DNA of 64,000 nt from positions 97,526,001-97,590,000 of the forward strand of contig NC_042998.1 of NCBI RefSeq assembly GCF_006345805.1. The letters are read 5' to 3'. Source of the stretch: Octopus sinensis. Lineage: Eukaryota. The stretch's first letter is position 1, and each line of letters starts with the position of its first letter. Position numbers and translations under genes: made by a program. Shown here one piece after another: positions 14,272-29,869 of the stretch. The notes beneath the pieces are model-generated. The model had not been told where the DNA came from. It did no database searches and saw nothing but the letters and a program-made list of their open reading frames with translations.

Positions 14272-14363
14272 CTGACTATCTAGATATCACTCTCTCTACC
14301 TATATATCCCTCTTTCTCTCCCTTGCTATATATACAACATATATATTTATTTATTATATAAAC

Positions 14364-14396
<33 letters not shown>

Positions 14397-14820
14397 TACA
14401 CACACACACAAACATAAATACATTTATATGCACTCATATTTGCACACATTATATGCATACATACACATACATTAGATATTTAAAATATATATATATATAT
14501 ATATATGTTTATACAGGCACCCACACATGACAGCTTCCTCAGATTATGGGATTTCATGCTTACGGAAATTGTAAAGTATGACAAGTAATTTTGAGACATG
14601 GTCTCTAATTTCACACTTGTGGAAACATGAAGATTTGGAAAACTGCACTTTTCATTTTAACCAAATAGCTGCTTTTCTGCATTTTAACTAAGATCAAAGT
14701 AGTTAGCAATTTCCAGACATTTTCATTACAACATATTTACATCACACACACACACACACACGTGCGCACACACACACACGTGCGCGTACACACACACACA
14801 CTTCTATGTATGTATGTATG

Positions 14821-15575
14821 TCATTATTCAGTTTAATTTCGAGATTTCTTGCCAATAGAGAAACAGCTGGTTTCTAACCTAGATCCAAAGCGCTGTCATT
14901 GGAATTTCAACATCAGCAACAGGGTATTTTTGTATGTATGTTTATGTGCAGATTTGAATTTTTTGTTTTATATATGTATTCTCATGCATATAGTTGCATA
15001 TTTAGACATGTTCATTTATATTTAAATAATAAACTTCTGGAAAGTTTTACAGATTTTTACAGTTCCAGTGATGGATTGAATCTGTAGTCTTCGAATCAGC
15101 TTTCTCCTTTTGATTTTGTGAAGTCTAATTTCTCAAGATTGGTATTTAGACAGTGTGTTACATATCCCAGGCCCCCAATAATTACAGGTAATTACAGGTA
15201 AACTTGTAATCTGGATAGAGTAACTGCAGATTTCTCAATGGTTCAGCATAGGTATTCTTTTTTCACTGATCTTCAGCTAACATCCACCGGGCAGTTAATT
15301 TCCACAATTGTACACTGTTTCTCTTCTTTGCCCAAAATCATTATATCAGGTCTGTTGTGCTTACATTTTATTAAGGTCTTCACTAGGACATTCCACCAGT
15401 ACTCCTTTTTATTATGAGTGGCTATGGCTTCTACCATACTGTGGGTTCTTATTTCTTTGTCCTCAGGATTATCCTTCTGATGGATTTCATGATAGAGTGT
15501 CCTAGCTACAACATCATGTCTCATTGGTAGATAATACCATGATGACAATTTTGGACAACTGCCTATGATGTGGGC
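14821..15575 (-). mobile_element. 5'-truncated R4/Dong-like non-LTR retrotransposon (end of zinc knuckle + restriction-like endonuclease + 3' UTR) inside a (TACA)n tract
   Basis: HIIGSCPKL...RHDVVARTLY...WWNV.VKT..KCKHNRPDIMI...CTIVEINCPVD; (TACA)n on both sides. Confidence 0.82.
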
Positions 15576-15964
15576 ATGTATGTATGGTATGTATGTATGT
15601 ATGTATGCTTGCATGTATGTATGTATGTATGTATGTATGTATGTATGTATGTATGTATGTATGTATGTATGTATGTATGTATGTATGTGTGTGCGTGCGT
15701 GCATGCATGTGTATATATGTATGTATATATAAGGAGACACAAACCTACACACACACACACACATACAGATACATATACATCTGATGGGCTTTTTGCTATC
15801 ATCATCACCAACATCAAGACCAAGACCAACGCAACCAACAACACCACCACTATCATCCCAACAATTCTGAATGACCAGTTGGCAATGTTAATAATAGTAT
15901 CAGTATGAGAATGATGTCTGTTGCAACATATTTTGCATGTCAACACAAGTGTGTGCTTATGCAT

Positions 15965-15999
<35 letters not shown>

Positions 16000-16860
16000 C
16001 ATGTGCGTGTCTGAGTTGAGCGTGGAGATTTTATGTTTCAAGTCAGAGGTGTAAAGAGTGAAGTGACTATGAGCATAATACCCACAACCCTTGAACTAAC
16101 TGTAATCAAACAATACTCTCTTCCCACATCACTCCCTCAGCCTATCCCATTCTTATATTCCTAAGAATAAGACATTTTTTTTTTTGCTCTAACAAAACAC
16201 TTCTTTCCTGATGTAATGTTTTCACTAGAGATTTGCCATGGATAATTGTTGACTGCCACCACTGTTGGATTTACCTACAATTCAAGATGTCTGGAAAGAA
16301 ACCATGAAGCAGAACGGAAGATGGTTGTGTGAAAAAGAACTGTAAAAGGATTACATTGGATATTAAACTTGATGTTTTAAAAGCAACAGATGGAAATGAA
16401 AAATCAGCCACATTACTTAAACATCAAAGCTTGCAGTGTCTACAGTGGGAACAGTATGTGACAATAGAGAGAAAATTAAATCAAGGGCTCCAAAGCTTAT
16501 TTTATTAAATGCTCAGACTACCTTATTTTTTTCATAGATCTCATGTAATATTAAAAAACTGGGATTCAGTACACCGTACTGATGATAAACATACTGATAA
16601 TTAAAATGTTTGTATGATAATTTGCAGAAAAAGATGAAGCTTCTAATAAGAAACCTTTCCTGGTTAGCAATTACTATTTCAAAAGTTTTAAAAGAGCTTA
16701 AATTTTCACATTAAAGTAATTCTAATTAGCCAGACATTGCATTCTTCAGTTTATCAACTATATATATACATATGCTCATGTGTGCGCACGCACACACACA
16801 CACACATACACACATACACACACGCATGCACACACACACACACACACACACACACAACAC

Positions 16861-16899
<39 letters not shown>

Positions 16900-18612
16900 C
16901 AGACAGACAAGACAAAATATGTCTCTATATCTCTTCTCTTCCTCTATTTCCTCTTTCATGTACTATGCTTACTTCCCACTCCCCAATCCTGTCCTCTTGG
17001 CCCTGTACCATTGTATCATTGTTCTCTGCAATCGCCCCCCCCCCAACCTGTGTATTCCATACACACACCCTGTCTCACTGTATCATTGCTATCTGCTAAT
17101 CCCTGACCTGTGTGTTCCACCCACACATAACAAGAAAACTTTTCCCTCACCCTACCCCAACAAACCAATCTACATCTCCACATCTCTTCTCTTCCTCAGA
17201 TTCCCTCCATACACTATGCCTAGCTCTCACCTACCAATCCTGTCCTCACGGCCCTGTTCCTCTGTATCATTGCTATCCGGTAGCCTCCCAACTCTATATA
17301 TACCCAGGTTTTGCCACTCACTCTCTGCTCCGCACTCTTTAATCACACTTCCTTCACAATATCCTGCCACTTATATTATGACATTCAAACCTCAAGGGTA
17401 TGCCCTGGCACTTGCCGCCATCTATATCTCTCTCTTCCTTTACTCAACCATCCCATTTATATTCTGATCCCTATCCCTTCTGAGTATGTCTAGCATTTTG
17501 CCACCATCTCTATCCTGTTGTATCCCACTCTCTCTCTCTTTCTCTTGCACTTCCCTCAGGTTGGGCAACCATGTATTTCCTTTGTGGTAGCACACCTGTT
17601 TCTGTCTTCATTACTCATCTTTCTCTCTCTCTCATCCCCTCCCCTCCAGCCAGGTAACCTTGTACTTCCTCTACAGCAAGACACCTGTTTCTGTCTCTTT
17701 GTCTCACTATAACCTTTCATCACCTAACACAAGATTGCCTCCTCCAATACCCCTTCCACTCTTGAAAGTTCTTTTTATTTTTTGTCTTGCAAGTACTTGG
17801 TGATGCTGTCAGTGAAGGTGTCACTTAAAAGCATCAAGTCCACACTGTAAAGTGGTTGGTGTTCAGAAGAGCATCCAGCTGTATAAACCTTACCAAAACT
17901 GACCTCGCCTGTGCTTGTACCATGTAAAAAGCACTAAGGGCCACTCTGCTGAGTGGTTAGTGTTAGAAAGGGCATCCAGCTGTAAAAATTCTGTCAAAAC
18001 AGTCACAGAAGTCTGGTGCAGGCTTCTGCCCAACTGGCTCTTATGAAACCATCCCACCCATGCTAGCATGGAAATCAGATATTAAATGATGGTGATGATG
18101 ATGATGATAAATGATGATGATGATAACGATGGTAGATAGATACTCATAGTGAGCATCTGATCAATTGAACATGTACTTACATGCCCGACAGTCTGAAAAT
18201 AGGCTATGCGAACCATTAATAATATATGTATGTGTGTATGTATGTATGTATGTATGTATGTATGTATGTCTGCATGTCTGCATGTATATATGTCTGCCTG
18301 CATGAATGTATGTATATATGTATGCATGTATGTATAATCATATATATATATGTCTGTGTGTGTGTGTTTGTATGCATGTATGTATACAACAATTGTGTGT
18401 ATGTGTGTTTATGTAAGTTCCTGGTGAAAAGAGTCCATAACCCAATTTCTATTCACACATGAAACCATTTCCCAATTCTTATTTAACATTCTCCTAAAAG
18501 CTTAAGTCTTCTTGCCTACTAGGAGAAGTTAACAGGAAACCACTCCCTAGTACATTATGACAGTGTCACACATCCGTTGACAAATATGATACTCTAAGAA
18601 AATTCCACATTT

Positions 18613-19325
<713 letters not shown>

Positions 19326-19624
19326 AGTACATGGATGTTTTAACATGCAGATATTTTGCTTGCATTTGAAACACCCAAAAATGTGAATGAATCTACAGAA
19401 AAAAAAACTGACATAATTTACTTGTGTAGGAAATGCATATCTTAATTACTTATAAAGTACCATACTCTACTATGTATTGTAAAAACTGCATATCACATTC
19501 CTACTATATCATTATGCTCAGCAGTTTAGAATTTAACTCTTGTTATCGCACTAAGAATATTGCTATGAATGTGAATTTATAGTGTAATATACATTAAATA
19601 TCTTGATATTTAAATATAGTAACC

Positions 19625-20022
19625 TTTAGGAGTGACAAAGGAGCCTAATAATCGATGTAACAGTGCCAGGAGCTCAACATATCATCATGAAAGATAGAGT
19701 AAAGGTTTACAAATATGGAGACCTGGGAATTGAGGTCACTATGATGTGGAAACTATGAGAGCCAAACATAAAGGTTATCCCTATTGTCATCAGAGCATTG
19801 GGTTCAATACCACTCAATCTGAAAAATCATCTGAAATCCTAAGAAATACCCTACAATCTAGATGTATTGCAAATGTCAACATTGCTTGGAACTGCATGCA
19901 TATTGCATAAAGTACTGTCTGTCTGAGGTCCTTGTTGTGACTTGACAAACAGTACAAACCACCCTGTAGACACAATATCTTCAATCAACAACCTCATGAT
20001 ATTGTATACTGTATGACATCTA
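19625..20022 (+). mobile_element. 3' end of a Dong-like RLE LINE ending in (TAA)n
   Basis: LIIDVTVPGAQHI..K...KVYKYGDLGIEV..MWKL...KVIPIVIRALGSIP...LQMSTLLGTACILHKVLSV*, short 3' UTR, then ATAATAATAAT. Confidence 0.75.
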
Positions 20023-20244
20023 TAATAATAATGGTTTCAGATTTTACAAGGGCAACAATTTTAGTGAGGAGGAGACAAGTTGATTACATTGACCACAGCC
20101 TTCAAAGGGTACTTATTTTATTGACCCCCAAGAGGATGAAAGGCAAAGTCGACCTCAGTGGAATTTGAACTCAGAACGGAGCAACAAACAAAATACTGTC
20201 AAGCATTTCATTCAGTGTGCTAATGATTCTTTCAACTTGTCACT

Positions 20245-20276
<32 letters not shown>

Positions 20277-20680
20277 TATAATTATAATAATGATAATAAT
20301 GGTTTCAAATTTTGACAGCAATTTTGGAGGAGGGGTAAGTCAATTACATTGATATGAATGTTTCACTTGTACTTATCAACCCCAAAAGGATGAACCTCAG
20401 CAGAATTTGAACTAAGAAGGTAAAAATGTAGGAAATGCCACTAAGCATTTTTTTCTAGTGTGCTAACAATTCTGCAAGCTCATCATCTTAATAATAGTAA
20501 CAACAACAACAACAACAACAACAATGAATAAATAAATAATGAAAGCAGGGAAAAGAAGAAAAGATGATAAAGAATTACTATTATTATTATAATTATTGCT
20601 GGCATGGTGCCAAATTTGAAACCATCATTTTTGTTGTTATTATTTACTATTATTACAACTACTATCACTACTCCTACTAC

Positions 20681-20744
<64 letters not shown>

Positions 20745-20754
20745 GTTATTATTA

Positions 20755-21310
20755 TTCAGTAGTCTTATTTTTATTGCACGCTTTGACTACATTACCAAGC
20801 ACACAATTCTGTGGGCCTTGGGTATCAGCAGTGTTTTCTTTAGGTTTTTGTGTTTTCTCTTGTATTGGCAGTGTTCTGCACAATGTGTAATATGTGTGCA
20901 ATGTCTACTAATGCTATTTTCTCTATGCCATGCACATTTGTAAGTCCTTTTTTATCTATATGTTGTTTAAACATTCCCAAGGTACCTATTATTATTATTA
21001 TAAGGATTGTTTTTCTTATAAGTCCCAACATTCCAGTTATCGCTATTTCCAGATCTTTATATTTAGATAATTACTCAGTTTCTTTGACAGATACATTATC
21101 ATCATCTATTGGAACTGATACTTTGATTAGAAGACACTTTCTTTTTCCTGGTGGTCTTTGACAACAATATTCAGCCAATTAGCCCTGATCTACCGGTATT
21201 TATAAGTATGGAGTCATCCCAAATTAAGGCTGCTTTGTCAGTTTCTGAGACCCTTTCACTTGCTATTTATTTATATTACCTCTTTTTTGCGGTTATCTCA
21301 CAATGCTAAT
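20755..21310 (-). mobile_element. 3' end of a Dong-like RLE LINE ending in (TAA)n
   Basis: Decayed LLIKVSVPIDDNVSVKETE.LSKYKDLEIAI...MLGL..KT..IIIGTLG...IEKIALVDIAHIL, directly adjoining a long (TAA)n tract. Confidence 0.7.
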
Positions 21311-21954
21311 GTAACTTTCAGAGTAGAAGTCCCAATCTTTTCTTGATTGTAGATCTATTCTTTCTTGGCTAAAACTAGGCACTTAAAAAACTGTAGTGCT
21401 TTGTTTGTTCCCAGCCTCCACATTCTGCAGTTACTTAATAGATTCTACTCCATATTCTTTTATTCTTTTACTTGTTTCAGTCATTTGACTGTGGCCATGC
21501 TGGAGCACTGGCTTTAGTTGAACAAATCGACCCCAGGACTTATTCTTTGTAAGCCTAGTACTTATTCAATTGGTTGCTTTTGCCAAACTGCTAAGTTACC
21601 GGGATGTAAACAAACCAGTATCGGTTGTCAAGCGATGGTGGGGGGACAAACACAGTCACACACACAAATATATACACACATACATATATATAATATGTGC
21701 CACCGGCACAGGGGCCAGAGGAGGCTGGCAATTGCCACGATTGGTTGGTGCTTTTTATGTGCCACCGGAACGGATGCTAGTCAAGGCGGCACTGGCAATG
21801 GCCACGTTCAGATGGTGCTTTTTACGTGCCGCTGGCACAGGTATCACAACTACAATTTCCATTTAATTTTTATTTTGAAGTTGATGTACTTGACTCAATA
21901 GGTCTCCTCAAGCACAGCAGGTCACCCTATGATCCAAGGTAAGCACAGCAGGCC

Positions 21955-22240
21955 GTCCTGCAAGCCATTTGTCGGGTCTTTGCAGTCACAGCATATCTTC
22001 AGAGGTCTCGGCCTTTCGTCATTGCTTCTGTTAGGCCCAACGTTCGAAAATCATGCTTGACCACCTCATCCCATGTCTTTCTGGGTCTACCTCTACCCCG
22101 GATTCCTTCAACTGTTTGGGAGTGACACTTCTCTCCTCATCCATCCATAGTACATGACCATACCAATGCAAACGTCTCTCCTGCACGCCACATCTGATGC
22201 TTCTTATGTCCAACATAAGGGTGCTTACACTCTGTTGTGC
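21955..22240 (-). mobile_element. 3' fragment of RTE-clade LINE
   Basis: LDIRSIRCGVQERRLHWYGHVLWMDEE followed by a frameshifted RGRPRKTW-type motif. Confidence 0.72.
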
Positions 22241-22618
22241 ATGCACATCAGCCTCCTCTGGCCCCTGTGCCGGTGGCATGTAAAAAGCTCCCACTACACT
22301 CATGGAGTAGTTGGCGATAGGAAGAGCATCCAGATCAGACTGGAGCCTGGTGCAGCCTCCTGGCTTCCCATGCCCCAGTCAAATTGTCCAACCCATGCTA
22401 GCATGGAAAATGAACATTAAATGATGATGATGATGATGATATATATATATATATATATAATATATATATATATATACGATGGGTTTCTTTCAGTCTCTGC
22501 CTACTAAATCCACTCACAAGGCTTTGGTCGGCCTGAGGCTATAGTAGAAGACACTTGCCCGAGGTGCCACACAGTGGGATTGGACTCAGAACCATGTAGT
22601 TGGGAAGCAAGCTTATTA

Positions 22619-22764
22619 CCACAAAGCCACTCCTGCACCTCCACACAGCCACTCCTGCACTGCCACACAGCCACTCCTGCACCTCCACACAACCACTCCT
22701 GCACTTCCACACAGCCACTCCTGCTCCTTCACAGCCACTCCTGCACCTCGACACAGCCACTCCT
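22619..22764 (-). repeat. Seven tandem 22-bp copies of the SINE B 5' end / A box
   Basis: CCACACAGCCACTCCTGCAC(CT) x7 directly continuing the SINE head at 22475-22640. Confidence 0.9.
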
Positions 22765-23665
22765 ATATTCATATACTTTTTTGTGGCTTCTGGATCAGTT
22801 TCTTCTTTAAGTCCTATGCTTCTTAGCCAGTGTTGCAATTTTCTTTGTCTATTCTCTCCCTGTTCAGCTATTTTTAAGTATTAGCCATGCAGGGGCTTTT
22901 TTTTTTACCATTTCCTTTGTATGGCATTATGTAACCTTATTTTTATCTTAGTTTTTAGCTTTTTATAATTCTTGGTGTTATTTCTCTTTTCTCCCCAAGA
23001 GTATCTGTTTTGCATTTATTGGCTTCCTTGAAAAGAGAAAACAGTTTTGTTTTTTTTCATGCTTTGTAACTATCAGTATTAGTTTTCCATTGTTATTTAC
23101 ACATATTTTTTCGTCCTGTAGTGAATATTTTAGTATAGTTTTCTAGTTGCAATCCTCCCACTATTTCTCTTTTATTTCTCACTCATTTTAGTCAATGGAT
23201 TGTGGTCATATTGGGCCTTTAAGTGTTTAGCCAAATAAATCAAACACCAGTACTTATGTTAAATCTGGTACTTATTCAGTCCACTAAATTCCTTCCACAA
23301 GGCTTCAGTTGGCCCAGGGCTTTAGTACAAGACACTTGTACAAGGTGCCATGCTATGGGTCTAAACTCAAAACCAGGTAGCTGGGAAGCAGCTATTTGGC
23401 CTGAACCATGTGATTGGAAAGTAACCTTCTTAACCACACAACCATTCAAGTGACAAAAAAATGGTCTTTCTATGTTAGATTTTTGGTAAAAAGCAAATTC
23501 AAAATGCAATTGTTAGTTTTCTTGTTTTTGTGTTTAGCATCCAGTTGAGAATATTATCACTATAATTCATTACTAAGTCAGCTAAAGTACTGATGCCTAT
23601 TATATTGTCTTTTTTCTTTTTTTTTTTTTTGCATTTAGCTCTATTTTAATTATTAACCTAAAGCA

Positions 23666-24083
23666 TACTCTTTACTCTTTTACTCTTTTACTTGTTTCAG
23701 TCATTTGACTGCGGCCATGCTGGAGCACCGCCTTTAATCGAGCAACTCGACCCCGGGACTTATTCTTTGTAAGCCCAGTACTTATTCTATCGCCTCTTTT
23801 GACGAACCGCTAAGTGACGGGGACGTAAACACACCAGCATCAGTTGTCAAGCAATGCTAGGGGGACAAACACAGACACACGAACATATACACACACATAC
23901 ACATATATATTACATATATACGACAGGCTTCTTTCAGTTTCCGTCTACCAAATCCACTCACAAGGCTTTGGTCGGCCTGAGGCTATAGCAGAAGACACTT
24001 GCCCAAGATGCCACGCAGTGGGACTGAACCCGGAACCATGTGGTTGGTTAGCAAGCTACTTACCACACAGCCACTCCTGCACC
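23666..24083 (-). mobile_element. Full-length tRNA-derived SINE, family B (internal microsatellite, AAGAGT-repeat tail)
   Basis: Minus strand GGTGCAGGAGTGGCTGTGTGGTAAG (A box) ... GGTTCAGTCCC (B box), CTTGGGCAAGT core, internal TA/TG tract, tail ACTGAAACAAGTAAAAGAGTAAAAGAGT. CpG-rich, so probably young. Confidence 0.85.
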
Positions 24084-24844
24084 TATAACATTTCTTTCTA
24101 ACCTTTTCTTTCAATTGAGTGCATTTACTCTGTCTAGCTCATCGATTCCTAAGTACTAATAAGTCTGTGTTTAGCCTAATTCATTTATTTCTGTTACATT
24201 ATTTAGCATAGTATTAATGTTCTTAATTAATTTTACTCCCTTAAAGGTTTCCTAGGCTTGTATATCCAAATCAATATTCATATTAATTCCATTGCTATAT
24301 CTGTGTACTGCTTACTGCAGTGTTTCTAGTTGTTTATCACCTGTAAAACAGTTGAATGTGACCTTTACAAAAGATAGCTGATTATCCTCCCAAAGCATTT
24401 GTATCCAACTCCAGTCTAGTTTAACATGCTGGTTAAATGTAATAGGACTAGATAAAAATGGAGTGGAGAGAAGCAGTTCCCTAGGAATATTCTCCTAATC
24501 TTTGTAATTACAGTGGCTGCTACATATATAATTTTCTTTCACTGATGTCCAACCCATGCCAGCATGGAAAACGGACTTTAAATGATGATGATGATGATGA
24601 TGATGAGTTATATTGATGTAAGTGTCCATTTTTATTGTGTCTGTATATTTTTATTGTTAGGTGCAGACATAGCTGTGTAGTTACGAAGTTTGCTTCCTTC
24701 CCAAACACACAGTCACATCATTTTAGGTTCCGTCCCACTGCCTGGGAATTGAGGCAAGCATCTTCTACTAGAGCCCCAGGCTCACCAAAGCCTTGTGAAT
24801 GGATCTGATAGACAAAAACTGAAAGAAGCCTGTCATGTACATAC

Positions 24845-24875
<31 letters not shown>

Positions 24876-25269
24876 TGTATGTATGTATGTGTGTATGTAT
24901 CATCATCATCATCATCGTTTAACGTCTGTTTTCCTTGCTGGCATAGGTTGGACAGTTTGACTGGGGATTGGCTAGCCAGGAGACCACAATAGGCTCCAAT
25001 CTGATCTGGCAAGGTTTCTACAGCTGGATGCCCTTCCTAAAGCCAACCACTCCAAGAGTGTAGTGAGTGCTTTTTACGCACCACCGGCACGGGGTCCAGT
25101 CAGATGGCAGTGGCAACAACCATGCGTGAATGGTGCTTTTTATGTGCCACTGGCACAGAAGCCAGTCAGGCAGCACTGGCATCGACCACATTCATATGGT
25201 GCATTTTACATGCCACTGGCACAGGAGCCAGTCCAGAGGGACTGGCATCAGCTACAACAATGTATGTAT

Positions 25270-25575
25270 GTCATTATTCAGTCTTATTTCAAGATTTCTT
25301 GCCAATAGAGAAAGAACCAGTTTCTAACCTAGACCTAAGGCTCCTTCATTGGAATTTCAACATCAACAGGGTATTTTTGTATGTTTTGTTTCATGTATGT
25401 CTTCTCGTCCATATACTTGCATATCTAGACATGCTCGTGTATACTTAAATGATAAACTTCTGGAAAGTTTTACAGATTTTTACCATTCCAGTGATGGCTT
25501 GGATCTATAGTCTTCAAATGAGTTTTCTCCTTTCTGGTTTTGAGAAGCCTAATTTCTCAAGATTGTTATTTAGCA
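25270..25575 (-). mobile_element. 3' end of the same TACA-associated RLE LINE family
   Basis: Similar to 14821-15150 (TCATTATTCAGT...AGATTTCTTGCCAATAGAGAAA...TTTCTAACCTAGA); ends in (TACA)n. Confidence 0.75.
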
Positions 25576-26471
25576 ATTCAATAAATGGCTGGACACAGCA
25601 TCAACAATACAACAGAGGAAAAGAAAGAAAACAGCAACTCAACTGGTAAACCGATTCTTTCTAGCTGTGGTTGTAGAAGAAACTGTAGTTACAAAACTCA
25701 TTTCTCTTGGAGTTATGAATCGAATACTGATTTATTGAATTGCTAAATAACAATCTTGAGAAATTAGGCTTAATGGTGTGTGTGTGTGTGTGTGTGTTTG
25801 TCTTCAACCACCACTTGGCAAGTGGTGGTCAAAGACAAACACACACACACACACATATAATGGGCTTCTCTCAGTGTCTGTCTACTCACAAGTTCACTCA
25901 CAAGGCTTTAGTTTGCCCAATACTATAATTGAAGAAACTTGCTTAAGGTGCCATGCAGTGGGACTAAACTTGGCACCATGTGGTTGGAAAGCAAGCTTCT
26001 TACCACACAACAACATTTGTGCCTTATATCAAATAAATCAGTATTATTATTAAGGCAGCAAGCTGGCAGAAGGATTAGAATGCAGGACAAAATGTTTAGT
26101 GGCATTTTGTCAGTCTATGTTCTGGCATTTTGTCTGTCTTTATGTTCTGATTTCAAATCCCACTGATGCTAACTTTGCCCTTCATCCTTTTGGGGTCAAT
26201 GAAATAAGCACCAGTTGCACACTGGGATTGATGTGATCAAATAACCCCCTCTCCACAAAATTTCAGGCCTTGTGCATTTAGTTGAAAGAGTTACAATTAT
26301 TATTATTCCTTCCGACGCCAAATGGTATTTCTTCCAACTCATTATGTTCTGAGTTCAAAATCTGTTGGCATCAACTTTGCCTTTCATCTTTCTGGAGTTG
26401 ATAAAATGAAATACCATTAATTGACATGCCCCCTCTCCTAAAAATACTAAGCCTTGTGCCAAAATTTGAAA

Positions 26472-26995
<524 letters not shown>

Positions 26996-27419
26996 ATAGT
27001 TTCATACTAGTTTCTACAGCATCACCAGGTGTTTCTTTTTGTTCTTGACGGATATGTGCAGCATTGTGTTTTTTTGGAATGTAGACCTGTGTTTGTATAC
27101 TGCATCAGTTCTGCTTTGATATAAAAATTTGGCTTGTTGGTTCTTGTGCTATTTTAGTGTTTTCTCTGTTGTGTAAAGTATGTGCAATGTCTGTTGTGTT
27201 ATTTGGTTGAGTAATGAATAAGGTTCATATGTGCTGTGTGACTGGTGCTATGTGTTTCACTGTCAGACAGTGACTGTGTACTGTATGTGATGTGTGGTTT
27301 GTATGGTGTTAATGGGTTGCAGCTGTGTTGAATGAATGTTGTGTGAGCTGTCGGTGCTGTATTTTTGAGTATTAGTTATGTTAGAGTGTTTATTATTATT
27401 ATAACATAGGGGTTTTGAT

Positions 27420-28385
27420 TTGTTTTTGTATGAACTGAGCCTATGTCTCACCCAGAAGCCTCAAGAGACAGCAAATTATGTGTTCAAACGGGCATTATGA
27501 ATAGGATGGTTGATAACTGTCCTGTTTTTTGGGGGGTTTTTTTGAGGGGGGATGTAGTTTGGTGAGAGGGATTTGTGTTTTGTGTATCTTGGGTTCATAA
27601 GAAGTATTGTTGTAGAAAATGTGCTTTTTGGTAAAATGTGAAAAAAGATTGTTATGGAGCTATATAGACAGTATTTTTCATAGGCTATGAGTAGTCCCCT
27701 GGAGTATTATTTTCTGAATTTCTTCCATTTTTGGATTCCCATAATCAGCCCATTTTGCTGTCATTCCTAAGGCACCTCCAGCCACAGGTATTGTTCTAGT
27801 CATGAGTTTCCACATTTTGCCCATTTGTTTCAAGATCTTTGTACCTGTTCAACTTTTGGTAGGTTTTGACAGATGCATTTACATCAACTGGGACAGTTGT
27901 ATCGATGAGGAGACATAATTTTCACTTGAAATCCTTCAATATAATTTCTGGCCTATTGGCATCTATAATTATGACAGTTTGAGTAGGAAAGTTCTACATG
28001 AGTGAGATATAATTGTTTCCAGGGGTTTGTGTCTCCACCAGTTTCTATGACAGTTCAGGTTCAGGTCCTTGCAAATTATCCATTAGATATACTGTGCAAC
28101 TTTACCATTCCTGTTGAGAAACTCTGTGAATGCAAGAAGGCTACACATAGAAACAATATGATCAATGGTCTCAAACATATTTTTATACATTTGACATGTT
28201 GGGCTGCTGCCATTTTTAAAATGCTGGACTTATAGCTTCTTGTGGGTAGGTATTGATCCTAGAATGCTACAATAAACCCTTCTGTCTCTGATTTTAAACC
28301 AGAGGATGCTAACCTGTGATGGGTAAGTGTTTATTATCAACATCAACATTGTTAAATCTCTCTGGGTATTTACTATAGAGTGGTT
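27420..28385 (-). mobile_element. Decayed R4/Dong-like RLE LINE C-terminal region
   Basis: LASSGLKSETEGFIVAF.DQYLPT, ANRPEIILKDFK, LLIDTTVPVDVNASVKTYQKLNRYKDLE, MWKLMTRTIPV. Related shorter pieces lie at about 26635-26730, 27000-27250, 29165-29405 and 30095-30360. Confidence 0.72.
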
Positions 28386-28589
28386 TACCGATAAGATTAC
28401 TTAAGGCTTCATCTTTAGTAAGGGTTTTTATGTGTTTAGACTTTTCTCAAACCCAGTGCTCAATTGGTTAATTATTTTTTACCGACCCTAAAAGACAACT
28501 TCGCCTTTTATCCTTTCAGGGTCACTAAAATAAGTATCACTTGAGTACTGGAGTCGATGTAATCAAGCCTTATGCCTATTGCAGAAAAG

Positions 28590-28633
<44 letters not shown>

Positions 28634-28887
28634 GGCTCAGTAGTTAGAGAGTTGAGCTTACAATCTTGAGGTTGTGAGTTTGATTCCTGGACTGGGCTGC
28701 ATGTAGTGTTCTTGAGCAAGACACTTTATTTCACGTTACTCCAGTTAACTCAGCTGTAGAAATGAATTGCTCATCACTGGTGCCAAGCTGCATTGGCCTT
28801 TGCCTTTCTCCAGTTGAGTACCAGAGTTGATGAGATCAACTAATCCCCTCTCCACAAATTTCAGGCCTTGTATTTATAGCAGAAAGG

Positions 28888-28968
<81 letters not shown>

Positions 28969-29869
28969 GCAAAATTCTTAGAACTTGGATATTTGCTCCA
29001 GCTGTTTATGCTTATGTTCTGAGTTCGAATCCTATGAAGGTCACTTTCAAGACTGATAAAATAAAAAATACCAGCCAAATACTGATACTCGATATTAGAT
29101 ACCCCACTTTCTTCCCCTACTCCAGAATTTCAAGAAGACTCATTTCTGTACTAGAAACAATTATTCAGGTGCCTTATTTTTATTGCATGTTTTTATAACA
29201 CTACCAAACACAGCTCTTTGGGTTTTGTGGAGGTGCAGTGTTTTGTTTGAGTTTGCATTTTCTATTCTAATGCCTACTAAATGTTATTTCCTGAACAATT
29301 TGCACATTTTTAAAGCTTGACGTTTTGGTTATGCATTTGGCTGCATGTTTATTTAATCATTCCCAAGGCACCTATTATTAGTGGGATTATTTTTGTTTCA
29401 AGACTCCATTTATCTTCTACCTTTTAAATGTCTCAGCCATTGGACTGCAGCCATGTTTGTGCATAGCTTTGATGGGTTTAGTCAAACATATCAACCCCAG
29501 TGGGGGAGACAAACACAAACACATACACACACACACATGCATACACACACACATGCATACACCACACACACACACGTGCATACACACACATGCATATACA
29601 CACATGTGCATGTGTATGCACACACACACTCACACAAAGACACACATACACACACACACAAAGACATACACATGCACATTCTATATATATATATATATAC
29701 ACAATGGGCCTCTACACAGTTTCTGTCTACCAAACTCTCTAACAAGCCATTGGTCAACCCAAGGCTATAGTAGAAAACACCCAACATGCTATACATTGGG
29801 ACTGAGCATGAAACCATGAGTAACTAAACAAAATTCTTAACCACTCCACTTCTACTTCCAAATTTTTAT

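Noticed and set aside
16919-17467. 182-aa Pro/Ser/Leu-rich ORF
   Set aside because: CT-rich low-complexity region upstream of a family A retroposon; composition explains the lack of stops.
23990-24083. tRNA gene candidates (A and B boxes)
   Set aside because: These are SINE heads continuing into SINE body sequence, with no complete cloverleaf or acceptor stem.
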